Below are positions 10,624-23,500 of a stretch of 36,208 nt of DNA, in pieces (positions within the stretch are counted from its first letter, which is position 1; every line of letters begins with the position of its first letter). A program made the translations under genes and the position numbers. Source of the stretch: Basidioascus undulatus (taxonomy: Eukaryota); NCBI GenBank assembly GCA_000826855.1, contig JTLS01000059.1:1-36208 (forward strand), written 5' to 3'. Under the pieces are notes generated by a model. It saw nothing but the letters and a program-made list of their open reading frames with translations, was not told where the DNA came from and searched no databases.

Positions 10624-12301
10624 GCGCCAGGCCTGCATCGGCGGGAGGGATGGGTGAGAGGTTGAAGTTGGGATTGGGGGATAGACGGCGATGGGGGGAT
10701 GCCAGTCGGTTTTCTTGGCCTTGTTGTTGAGGAGGAAAGGCATACCTGATGAGCAAGTTGACCCTTGATGTATTGACACACATTTTCTGACACGCGTGGG
10801 ATACGTGGGGGACGGAGTGCTGATGCTGGACGAGTGATGCGCTGATCTGACACCACACTACAGGCGGGCGATCTCGAGCGATTCAGGCATATTCGTGCCA
10901 GTCGATTGCAGTGCACTCTATTAAACCTTGTCCTTGCACACTCCAGCTTTCATACTCAGCTTTCAACCATGCTGTCTTGCCCAGATCGCATCACGTTTAT
11001 CGACTGATCACTCCCATATCGCTCGCTCGGCATGGCATGGATCAATCACCCTGACTAGACCTTGTCGGCGCTCACACACTCACCAACTTCTGATCAACCA
11101 CACTGATGTTTGCTCGATCGTGCCGTGTTTCACCTTCTTCACCTTGCCCGGGTTTGCCTTAGTTACACGAACCAAGGAGCGGTCACTATCGAGTAAGCTC
11201 ACGTCGTCCGGTGCACGACGCCGTCCAGTGCGTGTTCCCTCAAGTCCGCTGGCGGCCTCTCCCGCTTTAACAGCGCCTCCGACGTTGCGGGGCAACCCTC
11301 GCGTCCTCCTGCGCCTGTTGCTGGCGCATTCGCTCGTGGAGGTGCTCAGTATCCAGAAGCATGCACAGCAACTTGGCGCCGGTGCAGGAGCCGGAAAATC
11401 ACAGGGCCGGCCGGCGAGGGGCGTGTGAAGCGGTCGACATCGTGTGTGGGCTAGAGGAATTCGGCGTCATAGTGCATCGCAGATCTGTATGTTCCTCGAT
11501 TCGGATGTGAAGTCCGGTAAAATTGGGTGAAAGTAGGGAGAAGTCGGGACAGGCGGAATGAGAAGGTGGACGGAAAGGGTCGAGTGTGGCTTGCTACACT
11601 TTATACTCGCCTTGTAACGCTGCCTAGCCATTGGCGAACTGGAGTCAAAACGATAACTTTTCCTCTTTCTATGAGAGGGGCAAAGTAGACAGCAGCAGGC
11701 TACCGGCTCAAACGGTGTCTGGCGTCCGGCCCTGTCGGAAGGCCAGGCTCGCCGCTATTCCCTCGCGGTGTTGTGCGCGAAGGTTGCTCAACTATTTGAA
11801 CAGATCACCACCAGATATACGAGGAACAATAACGTAATTCCTACGGGTACTCTGGTAGACGCCTCGAGTTGGGATTGGCAGATCGCAGTTGTCGGTGAGG
11901 GCAAGGTAATCAGCTGTAGAAGCAGAGGCTCTCTCAAAGCGGAGCTTCACCAGCAGATGTTGTGCTGTTATGCGGGCCACGGAAGTATCTTCTGATCAGG
12001 CGCGTGGCCAACATCAGCCTGCAGAGGGAACACTCGCAAACTGCCGCTGGGACAGGCAGTCTCCAAGCTCCAAAAGCGCAGATCTTGACTGAGAAGGACG
12101 ATGCATTTGCTCTTCTTCCCTTTTGCTCCTTGAGCCTCGAAAGAAATAGTTTAACGAACTCAGGAGCGATCCCTTCACCAAGCTTACAAACAGACCTCGT
12201 TTCATCATTTTATGGATGGTGTTTGCAAGAACATGCCGCAGTGCAGGCGGAGCCATGGAAGAAGACAAATGATGTTTCTCCATGCCTCCTCGAGTATTTC
12301 T

Positions 12302-14001
12302 TCACTCCGACAACTTGACACAGACTTTGCCGAACATCTTTCCGGCCTTGACGTATTCGTACGCCTCCCTAAGCTGCTCGAATGGGAAGATCTGCAAACA
12401 CACCGCGCTTGTCAGCTAAACGTCGGCGCCGGGAATCAAGGCTAGAATGACCTTGTCGATGTAAGACTGCATGCCGCCGGCCTGGATGGCAGCGCACATG
12501 TCCTCGAACTGATCGCAGTGCCGACCAGGACGCCCTGCGGAGACCGGCATCGTCCGTCGTCAGCGCTGTTATCGTCCACCCCGACAGAGCCTGCAAATGC
12601 ACACCCGGACTGCAGCCTGCGAGTACAGGATAGCTTTGCTGATGTCTGCGAATTCGCCACCATTTTTAGCTCACCACTTCTAGTTTCAGCAATGCGAACA
12701 AGTCCACGCACCTTCCTGCTTCCCTTTCTCGGGAGCCAGGTACCAGATGATAGCGACATGTCCGCCAGCGGCGGTGCTGCTAATGCTCTTGGCGAGTGTG
12801 CCCTGCTCGCCGATCTCGATGATTTGGTGCTACGCCCTTGCCTCGGTGATCTCCTGCACCGCTTTGTCCCAGTCGGGCGTCATGCGGTAGTTGATCGTGT
12901 GCTTTGCGCCGAGCTGGCGGGCACTCATGAATTCAGGAGCGTGAGCCAGCTAGTATCCGATCCGAAATAACGGAGGCCACGGACGCACTTCTCGAGCTTT
13001 TCATCAGACGAAGACGTGATGATGACGTTGGCGTTGGAGAGAAGTGCCAACTGCAGACCGAAGACAGATAGGCTATTGGGAAGGAAGGGCATCAGCGCGA
13101 GTGTTGCACGGCGTGACAGGCCGACTTACCCGCCAGTGCCGAGGAGGAGGACGTTTTGACCGGGAAGAAGACGAGGAGTTTAACCGTGAAGGCAGTTCCA
13201 CGCATTCAAAGCAGCGCACTAAAATTAGAGCTCTTAGCTTCTGCGGTCTCGTGTAGATTTGCGGAAGCTCACAGGAAGGGTGGACGCCGCCTCGTAGGTG
13301 ATGTTGTCGGGATCTTGACAAGATCCTCCTGAGGGTTACGAAAAAAGCCTCGTCAGAGTGGTTCTGAAAGGTGCAAATGATGAACTTACTTCGTTGATGA
13401 CCACATAGTCAGCGGCAGAGCCGTGGACAGCACCTCCCATCGAGCGGTGCCTGCACGCGGAAAGTTAGCTAGTTGGAAGCCAGTACACCGAGAAATAAGC
13501 GCACATCGAGTGGTTCGTCTCCTCGTGATAGTGACCTCACATAATCAAGGCCGCGACGCGGTCGCCTGCGTCCCACTTTTGCACATCTTTGCCGGTGCGG
13601 ACAACGTCGCCTGCGCCGTTCTGCAAAGGAGACGTCATAGTTGGTCAAGAGGATAATCTCTGCGTACGAAACCCACGCTAATGGTGATGATCCCGTCCGG
13701 TATTTCGTGAGGAGCGGGGTAAGATCCCTGACGCTGTCAGCGGCTGGAACGACGCGAAGCACCTCAGCGATTTGCAGGTCGCGTGCGTTCAGAGACAGAG
13801 CGTGGATGCTAGTATACAGCAGAATGTAATTTCAGAAACTGCCTAAAAACTGATGCAAGTGGTTCGGGCGTACCGAACGAGAACATCATGATCGCCAAGT
13901 GCAGCGGGAACGGGCACCGACTTCTCGAAGGTTACGCCTTCGAAGCCGCTCTTGCCCTTGCGGAGGACGTAGCGACGCATCTTTTTAGGAAAGGGAGCCA
14001 T
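12302..14001 (-). pseudogene. Disabled MDR-family (zinc-type alcohol dehydrogenase-like / quinone reductase-like) gene
   Basis: Spliced translation: MAPFPKKMRRYVL...VLVRIHALSLNARDLQIAEGSYP...SNGAGDVVRTG..WDAGDRV...LVKIP/DNITYEAASTLPCAALNAWNCLHG*TPRLLPGQNVLLLGTGGLSVFGLQLA...TSSSDEKLE...INYRMTPDWD...GVLVGT/DQFEDM...IFPFEQLREAYEY...FGKVCVKLSE. Lesions are a -1 frameshift near 13310, TAA at 13182-13180, TAG at 12832-12830 and a -1 frameshift near 12515. Confidence 0.85.
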
Positions 14002-14569
14002 GATCGAAACACTTAGCAGCTCGAGGTCAGTGATGAGGAAGAAGTATTGGAGAGAAGGAAAGCGAAGGGGAAGGTTACACAGGACGTCAAGACGGCCGCG
14101 GGGGCTCAGTCGCTGACGCAACGGTGGAGGCAACTTGAGCTCCCGCTGCTGCCAAGACCATCGAAGGCCATCGTGCACTCAATCTCGCAAAGATTTGTCC
14201 GACCTAAGGCAGATAATATGCATACATTAATGCAAACCCGCAAATTGGCGACGTATTTAGAGGACGAGCCTGACGGGCTTAGGTACTGGACCCGGCGAGG
14301 TCTGCCCGAACAAACTGCCATGCACATGTGAGCCGGTCCTCCAGCGTAACCACACGTAACCGGACTCCGTCGGGAGTCTGCGCGGTTGCCTTGAAGTCTC
14401 AGCGATGCTTTCCGAAGGCTCACAACTGAAGACCAAGCAACATTGTCCACGGCGGTCTATGTAGTACATCAGTCGAGTTGTACAAAGGAGTGCCCAAAAT
14501 GCTAAGAAAGAAAGAAGAAAGAGCGGGTAAAGAACGGGAAGTGAAGACATGGGGGAGGACGTCTAAGCA

Positions 14570-17500
14570 TCAGTAGACGCCCATGAACGAACCCCAAGCC
14601 TGAAGGTCGTCCGCCTTCGTTTTTACGGGCGCCGGCTCGCCGAGGACTGGCTTGAGCTGTTAACGTGACAAAGTCAGGGCAAGCGCTGGAACAGGAGCGG
14701 AAGAAGACGCAGCGCACCCGGCCTTCGCGCTTCATTGCCGCCAACCGCTGCGCCTCGACACGCTGTCGAGTCAAAATCTGTAGCAAACGTTCTGCGTCAA
14801 CACCAACGGACACGCAAGAATGCACGAGTCCGTCTGGAGCGTACCTTTTCTTTTTCCTTCCTCTCCGCCCTCAAGCGCCTCTTCTCCTCCCTCTCGACAC
14901 TCTTGGTGCTCTTCCCGCTGCTCCCGTTGCTCATGATAGACGGCGCCTTGCTACCGGCGGTGCTCGTCGAGTACTCGCTGCTATTGAACGTCGAGCTAGT
15001 TGTGCTCATGAGCGAGGACCCCACCGTGGCGGTGATTGGCATGGGCGGTATCGACTCCCACGGCGCGGCACTGTTCTTAAGGCTCGCGAAGCCCTTCCAG
15101 AAGCCCGTCTTGCCCGAGCCGCTGCTGCGCGTAGACGGAGCGCTGAACGAGTGCGTCATGCTCGGCGCGACGCTGGCGAGAGACGTAGTTCGGTTCCGGG
15201 GCGGAGGCACAGCGGGGCTTTCAGGGTACGCGCTGAACGTGTCCGACTCGGCCGGCGTGGGCGGGCCGGTAGACACGGGCGAGGTCGGCCACGTGCTGAT
15301 AGAGCTGGCGGAGCTCTCGAGCTCGTCCTGCGGCGTGAGGGCTGGCGTGGTGGATGCGGATGAGGGGAAGGGTGACAGCGAGGGGCGTGGTTGAGAAGAC
15401 ACGGGCGGCAAGCTGCTTTTGGGAAAAGCGTCCAGGGGATCGGCGGACGACGAGCGCGCGCGGTAAGGCCTCCGGGAGGGGAAAGAAGCGACGCTGTACT
15501 GCGCGCTGAAGATGCGAGGTGAAGACGGTGGGGAGTCGGAGAGGACGGAGCTCGGGACGGAGCACGAGCGCTCGTTGGCGGTGGAGGGCCGGGAGGTGGA
15601 AGGCGTGCGCGTGTCGCTAGAGGTAGGAGAGGCGACGCCCTGGCTGTCGAGAAGGATTGCCTCGAGCGCCTCAGCCACCGGCGAGATGAGGGGAACGTGC
15701 GAAGCAGGCGAGGGGCGTCGGACGGGCGGAGGCAGTGCGGACGACGAGCGCCGGGAGGACGAGCACGAGTCGGCAAGCGGGATAGAGGGCGCTGTCGAGC
15801 TCGTGCGAATGGACGGGACCGAGGAGATTAACGCCGAGGACGGGGTGTCGTACGTCCTGCCGGCCGAGGCGACGTCCATTGCCGCGGCTTGGTGCATTCC
15901 CGCCACGTAGCCACCACCTGTTCAAGCGGAACCATCAGCACCTCATGTCCTCATTCGGCCCTAAGAAAGCAATAAATAAAATTACCGTATGAGGCTGAAC
16001 TGTCGCCGCGCATCCTGCCGCCGCCAGGCGCGAGCGAACTGCTCGTGCGCCCGCCGGCTGCACCGCCGTGTCCCGAACCACCGAAAGACGGTGCACCCGA
16101 CGCGCCCGAGTCACGGTCGCGTTGCGCTTGGTGCAGCGCGCGCTTGTTGCTGGCCTGTTTTATTCCCGTCGCATATTAGCAGCAGCTCTAGGCATAGTCA
16201 AAGTCGTGCTGCAGTCTCTCACCATAACGACCCGCAACGCCCGAATCTGCAGCATCTTCGCGCCGCACAAAGTCGCTGTTTCGTGCGTGGCGACAGCCGT
16301 CGCGGGCTCGAGGTGGTAGTGCATGGCATGCAGGACGTCCCGCTCGAGGTCCTCGATCCCGTACGTCTTCGCAAGCGTGAGCAGGCTGGCGAGGACGACG
16401 GGCGAGTTTTGCAGCGCCGTGACGAGCGCCTGCGCGTAAATCCATTGCAGAAACGCGAGAGCGACGGGGTACGACTCGGGGAACTTGAGCTGCCGCGGCG
16501 CGAGGCGCGCCTCGTCCAGCGTGGAAGTGGAGGAGGTGAGGGAGGAGAGCTGCGTCTCGTAGGTTGCGATGCGGTCTCTGAACCAGGGCCAGCGGGAGGC
16601 GAGGAGCTTGGAGGAGCAGCGGATCGAGGTCGGGTGGGGAGTGGAGGAGGGGTTGGGGGTTGCGGACGGAACGATGGAAAGGTCGGCAGCGGTCTCTTCG
16701 CGCAGGGCTTGGAGGCCGAGAAGCTGCGCGTCGAAGGAGAGAGGGCTGGGCGGAGGCTGATAGATCCCGAAAGCTTCGAGCTCAACGAACGCGATATGGT
16801 CCTGTGAAAGGGTAAGCAAAAAGCAGCTACATGCGTATAAGTGGCTTTTAAGACGCACGTAGTTCTGCTGGCGGTGATTGTAGTCCGTGACAAGCGACCT
16901 GTCCCGGTTGCCGAGCACGATATACCGGTTGCGGTCCTTCCAGAGCGTGCCGCGGTTCCACGAGCCCGTCGCGAGGTTGACGCCGGGGTCAATGCGCTAT
17001 TGGAGAGAAAGTCTTCAGTTCGCTTGCCTTCATATTCAAAGACTCGCCAGTAGTCGCACCTGCCAAGTGAGCGTGGAAAGCTCGAGTGCCCAGATGGAGA
17101 AGGATTGGGACGTGTTGGCCAAGTAGGTGCCCGAGATGACAAGGCTGCAGAGTAATACATAAGCGATGAGTTGCCGGGAAAGATTAAGGGACTGAGAGTA
17201 CAAATACAACGTACTGATCACCGAGGATTGCACCGGTCGGGAAACGCAGACCAGGAGGGAGCGCAGTGCCGCGCATGCGGTCGGACTGATCAGTAATGGC
17301 GTAGTCGGGCCGCGCGGGCGCTTGCATGATCTCGAGCTCCCGCTTGAGATCCTGAAAAATCTAAGTCAATCAGCCCCTTTCAGTGCCGTACCTGAACAGT
17401 ACGCAAGCGCAGCGCACCTGGAAGTTGTAGTTGGAGTAGACGTAGATGTCACTCGGGTCCTCCTCGGTGCACGGCGAGGCGTACGGGAGGCGCACGACGT

Positions 17501-18365
17501 CCTCGTTCCCGACGTGCACGCTCGCCGCCTGCGGAATCACGACGCGCTCGGACGAGGAGACAGCCACGGAGCGATACGACCCGCACTGATGGTTGTACGT
17601 GCGCGTGTGGAGCCATTGCAGCTTGGCCAGGTCGAGGACGGCGATCTCCTCGATGTACTGTACTCGACGCTAGGTGAGCGGACCGTCGGCGGAATTAATA
17701 CGCATCGTCCCCTTCATGCGAGCCGTTCGAATCTGCGACAACTCCAACATACCTGGTTCTCCTTGCCCTGACCACCCGCGATGACGAGCTTATCGCCGGA
17801 GAGAGAGGAGAGGTGCGCGTAGCGCGGACGAGGAGGAGTGCAGCCCGGTGCGCAGGTCGTCTGCGGCTGAGACCACCTGCGAGAGGTCACGTCGAAGAAG
17901 AGGATGTCGTCCAGCACGGTCAGCTCCTCGGAGCCTGCTTCCCCACCAGCATACGCCATGCCTGCCCACGTTCCCATTTCAGACCTGCCGTTGACAATGA
18001 AAGGAATGGATAGGAGTGCACCTCCGAAAAGCACCAGCTTGTCATGCCAAAGATCCACGGAATGGAAGTACCGCTCTCGTGGCACGAGCTCGCCTTCGGG
18101 GATGCGGACGTACTCCCAGCGGAGCGTCTCGAGGTCTAGCTCAAACATCTCCGCGGTCATCTTGCGCGTCGAGACCTTGCGCCCGCCAAAGAGGAAGAGG
18201 CGCGAGCCGACGACCGTCGTCGAGGCGCCCTGCAACGTGAACCCAGCGCCCAAGTCAGCCCCAGGCTGCCTCTCTTGATAACAAACGCGCACGTACGACG
18301 AGCCCGGGGGGAATCTCGCCAGAGCATGCTTTTGGCGAGCAGGTAAGATCGGAGAGGGAGTGCAT
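14570..18365 (-). CDS. Kelch-repeat + BTB/POZ protein with Ser-rich tail, Ral2/Mds3/Pmd1-like (multi-exon)
   Basis: The N-terminus MHSLSDLTC...GEIPPGLV|GASTTVVGSRLFLFGGR is followed by kelch motifs PRERYFHSVDLWHDKLVLFGG and PRPRYAHLSSLSGDKLVIAGG. Then come YSNYNF, PPGLRFPTG and the BTB-like CSSKLLASRWPWF...FPESYPVALAFLQWIY...LQIRALRVVM. A long Ser-rich exon (about 15917-14845) and two short last exons end in TGA at 14572-14570. The family name is from recollection of the domain architecture. Confidence 0.85.
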
Positions 18366-20507
18366 CGCTGCTGAAGGCGCGCAATGCGCAGCTGGCGGAC
18401 CTCGCTGGCGAGCGAGCGAGGGGAGAAGACGGGCGCTTGGATCGAGACGGCGCGTTTGAGGTCGAACCTGGCTGGCGCTCTTTCGCGCGTCGCTGCTGCT
18501 GAGTATCGGACGGCTGGGACGAGGGGAACAAGATCGGCGGGGGAGGGAAGAACGGAGATGGACGCGGAGGGTCAAGATGAGGGTTGTGTCAGAGCGAAAG
18601 ATCTCGAGGTCGAAGGGGCGCGCTAGGAAGATCGGGGGGAGCAGGTCGGGCGGCCCGTCGCACGCGCCAAAAGCTTGAATGCGCAGCCCAAACGCCGGGT
18701 TTCTTTGTCTGGATATTTGCAGGCTTCTGCCGTAAGCAACTCGGGACGTCTACTGCCTGCACTACACAGTGCAGCAGGACGAGTCCCGGAAGATGTCCGC
18801 ACCAGCAATCTGGGTGAGGCGCACGTGTGAGCACGACCGCCTGTCGATGGGCGCAGATGCAGAACATTCTGCAAGTCCATGGGAGGTTTAGTGGAAGCAA
18901 ATTTTGTTTGTCCGCCACCCTCCCATGTGAAATGGGTTTTAGCCCTAAAGTCTGTTGGTTCAACCAACCATCTTAAGCTGGACCGACTTTTCCCAAAGAC
19001 TTTTCTGCATCGGATCTTGCCCTTGCCGCTGTCTGATAAGCTCGGCCAAGCCGGTACGTAGATGCTGCTATATTCAAAGGCAGTTCAGAATCTCATTAAC
19101 CCATTCCTGGCGAGTGCGACGCACAAACAACGCCGAAAGATCTCCGGTGCTACTGTACAAATATCCACTAGCGATCAATGGCGTGTACATCAATTCCGCC
19201 CCGGTAACTTGGGTCCCCGTCGGGGGATCCGGGGTGGGCAAACCCTCACTGTCCCTTGCTGTCCCGATGAAGTCCAATATTACATCTCCAGTTGGGTCCC
19301 GAAGGAGCAGTAATCCTGCACCGGATCTTGTATAGCCTCCAAGCAATACGATCAGTCAGAAAAGTCTGATCATTAAGAACAACAGGGGATGCACAGGCGC
19401 CGATCAGTGTTCCTCCGCCGTGGACGCCTTCACTGCACAACAGCACATTGCCCCACTTCGTTAATTATCCAAGCTCAGTCCGGGAGTAATACTAAATGCG
19501 ACTCCGGTAACACCAAGCCCAGCACCCAACAACATCCAAGTACCATCATGGCACGCCATCATCATCGTCACTCGGTGATGGTCGTGTGCAGCCGCAGCTT
19601 TCACGCTTGTTGGTCCCTGTTCGTCCTCGCCCGCTCGGATCCTCTACACCGCTCCTCACACGACCAAATCTCACACCTATGATAATATCGCACGGCCTCG
19701 AGGCTCCACGCCGCCTTGCACCCCGCATTTCTCATGATGATCAGGAGGGCCCATGCCAGGAGCGACCGAGCGATGGTCGGTCGCTCATCCGACGACATCT
19801 TTGCTCCGCCCCAGTTCATTTAAACAACGCCTCAAGCCAAGCAGTCTCGCAGAAACCAGGACTCGAGATACTTCCACTTACGCTACTTTTCTTCAACCGT
19901 TTTTCACTCGAGCACCAGGTTCGATTTGATCGTGTGAGCGGGAAAGATCTTCAGCCTCATCGTCGTCGCCCCAGTGCCACGAACCCGGCTGCAGGAACGT
20001 GGCGACGTCGAACGTCTCTGCATGTCTCTTCGATCTTCCCCGATGCCTGCTGCGCGGGCCCATCGCATGGCCCTCCGCTGATCCGACGGACGAAACTTCC
20101 CTTTTCATCAGTAGTTGTTCATTACTTATGAGAGAGCGCGCACCCGAGCACTCATTGATCCCGTGTTCTTTCATCAATGAAAGTGCGCCATAGGGAGACT
20201 GGCTGGGATGCACTTGTATGCACATACGCGTCAACTGCACGGTTAGGAAAGAATGGCCGGCGGCGCAGAAGAGCGGATATAGGCTTGCAGCCAACGTCTG
20301 TGAAAATCTATCAACCCTCCCACATCCGAGCTCAGTCGGTTTGCTCCTTGATGCCTCGGAATGCAACCAGCTGGAGCAAAGCAAAATTGCAGGAAATGGG
20401 TATCGCATGAACGTAAATGGCAGGGTAATGCAAACTGCCAAAAAGCGAGTATGGACTATTGTAACATGAAGCAAGGAGAGAAAGAGGAGAAAGGATGGTA
20501 AAAGGCC

Positions 20508-23500
20508 TCAGGACCTGACGAGTTGTACGCCCGACCCGCCCATAACCGGTATCTGCGCCTTCTTGGCACGCTCGACAAGGTCCTTGACGCGAGCGTCGAG
20601 CTTCCGTGCCTCATCATGATGCCTCTTGAGCTGGCTCTGCGGCAGCCACGCGAAGCGCTGCCACTTCTGCCCGGGCCTCAGCGTACTGAGGTCGACGACC
20701 TTCGGGGTGGCGGAGAACGCGACAACTTCGCGGTAGAGCAGGCGCATCTCGGTCGCGAGTGTGCGCGGATCAGGCGCGGGCGAGTGGAAGGAGAATTCGG
20801 AGGAAGTCGGGGATGATGGCGGCGAGGGCTCGTCGTCGTCTGGTCCGCGCGTTGGCGAGCCGGGAGGAGTGAGCGGGGGAGAGAGGGGCGGAAGTGGCGT
20901 AAGGGAGTTGAGGGAGGAGAGGAGGTCTTGAGACTTGAGAAAGGAGTTTTCGGAGCGGAGGAAGCGGACCGCCCCACGGAGAGAGTCGATCTTAGGCTCG
21001 CTGTTAGCTTAGACGACGAACACGCATGTAAGGCTCGACGTACCTGCTCCAGAAGATACGAGGTCTCGAGGCTGCCCTCGATCGCAACGTGCTCGCCAGG
21101 ACCGGGCGCAGCGGGACCGGCACCTGCGCAGCATGATCAGTCTACCATTGCCGCCGACATACGCTGAGCACGAACACACACCTTGGTTCTCGGGCTTCGA
21201 CGCCGCTTGCTTAAGCTTGTCGTTCTCCTGCTCGACGGTGTTAAGGTCCGCCTGCAGCTGCTCGACAGCGTCTTGCAGCGTGCGCTCCTTCTTCTTCGAA
21301 CGAGCAAGCTCGCCCTCAAGTTCTTCCAGTACGTCGGTCTGTAGACACAATCGGCGCGTCAGTCGGTGCATCGGTCGACAGCGCCTTTGCCAAGCATGGG
21401 GCACACCTGCTTCTTGACAGTCTCGAGACGGCGCTCCATGACTTCAATTTTGACGGCGGCCTCCTGGAGGCTTTGATCCTGGATTACGTGAAGTGACATG
21501 TGTGAGTCGCGCAACTCTTGATAAGGGCGAGATCGACTGATTGTCTACCCTGGTCTTGATCTCGCGCAAAAGATCACGGTTCTCCTCGTTGAGCTTGGTG
21601 ACCTTGCGTTCCGCCTCGAGGTTCGTGGCAGCGCTCGACTTGATCTCCTCGACGCGCGCGAGCCAGGGCTCGTCCGCGATAACTAGAAAAACCGTATCGG
21701 TCAGCGTGATCGGTAACACGCAATGCCCGATCTGCGACTCACTCTTGACCACGCTCTCCGATTCGAGCGATGTCTGCAGTACGCTCCCGACCTCCTCCGT
21801 GAGCTGCGCGATGGCAGCCGACACGCCGTCCCAGCCCGAGCCGCTCTCCTTGCCGCCGAGCGCCTCCTGCGTCGCATGCTGCGTGAAGCGAATCGCGGTG
21901 CTGATCTGGAAGAGCTCCTTGGTCTCGCGGATGTCGTTCGCGTAGCCGGTCACCTTTTGTGCGAGCTGTGGAAAACGATTGTTTGGCAAGGACGACTCTA
22001 AAGCCGATAGAGACGAAACAGGCTCACAGTGACCGAGAACGTGACCAGCTTTGCACTGATGTCGACGAGGGCCGAGATGCGGGAGTTGACGTCTGGCTTG
22101 AGCGCCGCCGAATCGCGCACGCACGCGTCCACTCGGCTGACGAGTTTCCTGCGATTAAAAACGACATCAACATTTACCCTTCACAAAGAGCAAAACCACG
22201 GCGAGGACTTACTTGGACGCAATCTTGATGGTCTTGGTCTGGTTGAGGAGCTTCTGCATCGGCTCAAAGAACGTGACGTCCAAGTCGAGGTCGTCAAGCT
22301 CCTTCTCGACGTCTGCTCCGTCCCGAGGCCTCATCAGCATGAACACCTGAGGGCTTCCGATGAGCATTGCGAAAGTACCGTCGTCTCTGCTCAGGACCGC
22401 GAGCGTCTGCTTGGACAAGCCGATGGCAGCCGAGAACGTGTCGAGGTCGCGATCGAGCGCAATGACCGAGTCGAGCTCGCGCTCGCCCAGGTCGACTTGC
22501 GCGTTCTCGAGGTAGACCTCCGAGAGGTGGTCGAACTGGCCCAGGAACCTGTCGGGCACAAGCAGTCGGCACCGTTAGCGATCAAGGGCGCGGTAGCATC
22601 GCGGGACAGCGACAAGAACTCACATGATGAGCTCCCGCGCGCACTCGAACTCGCGGAACTCCTCACGGCGGAGGAGGTCAATCCACCCGTCGACCTTCTT
22701 CTCCATGCCGGAGAACTCATGGTACACGCGGCCCATCTTGATGTACATGTCCGCCGGGCAGCGGCGGAGAACGGCGGAGAAGCGGCGGTTGACGGCTGCA
22801 AAGTGAGAGAGCTTGCTCCGGAGCTGCAGGGCCCACGACATGCTTCAGCTATTGCGGCGTAGACAGGACGCAACCAGCTATCAGACCGCGAGACGCACCT
22901 CGCAGACGCCGACCAAGATCTCGGGCACGACGCTGTACAAGCTCTCGGGCATGCCGTGCTTCTGCGCGACGATCTGGTTGATGAGGTCGCTTTTGAACGC
23001 GAGGCGCTGGAAGAAGAGCAAGCACGCCGCAGCGTCCGCGTCGCCGGACTCGAAGAACGTCTGCGGCAAGTACGGGCGGACGATGCGGAGGTGCTCGCCT
23101 GCCTGGGCGGCCTCGAGCTTGCGCAGCTCGAGGTCGATCGTCTTCGCCTGGGACTTGACAGCCGAGGACTGCAGCTTCTGGTTGAGTGAGAGCATCGCTT
23201 GCGATTGCGAGGAGAGCGTCGCGGACTCGGTGCGCTGCGTGAGCTGCTGCGCGCGGAGTTGCTCGATGTCGCTGCGTATCGGACAAGAGCGAGTTCAGCG
23301 TGGGCCGAGACGGGTACAGATGGTATGAAGAGAGGATACCAACCTTTGCAGGTTCCCGACGAGGTCCCGGAACTGGCTGATGGTCGCCTGGTAGTCGGTG
23401 ACGGACTCCTCGAGCGCCTCGACGCGCCCTCGGCTCTCGCGCAGCTGGAGATCCTTGTAGTCTGCCCATCCCAGTCAAAAATGAGCAATCAATCACGCGG

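Noticed and set aside
13270..13330. Programmed frameshifting, readthrough or a variant genetic code as the explanation for lesions in the MDR and F-box-like genes
   Set aside because: The lesions are multiple and mixed (indels plus TAA, TAG and TGA) with no slippery sites, and conserved neighbours use all three codons as ordinary stops. Pseudogenisation is simpler.
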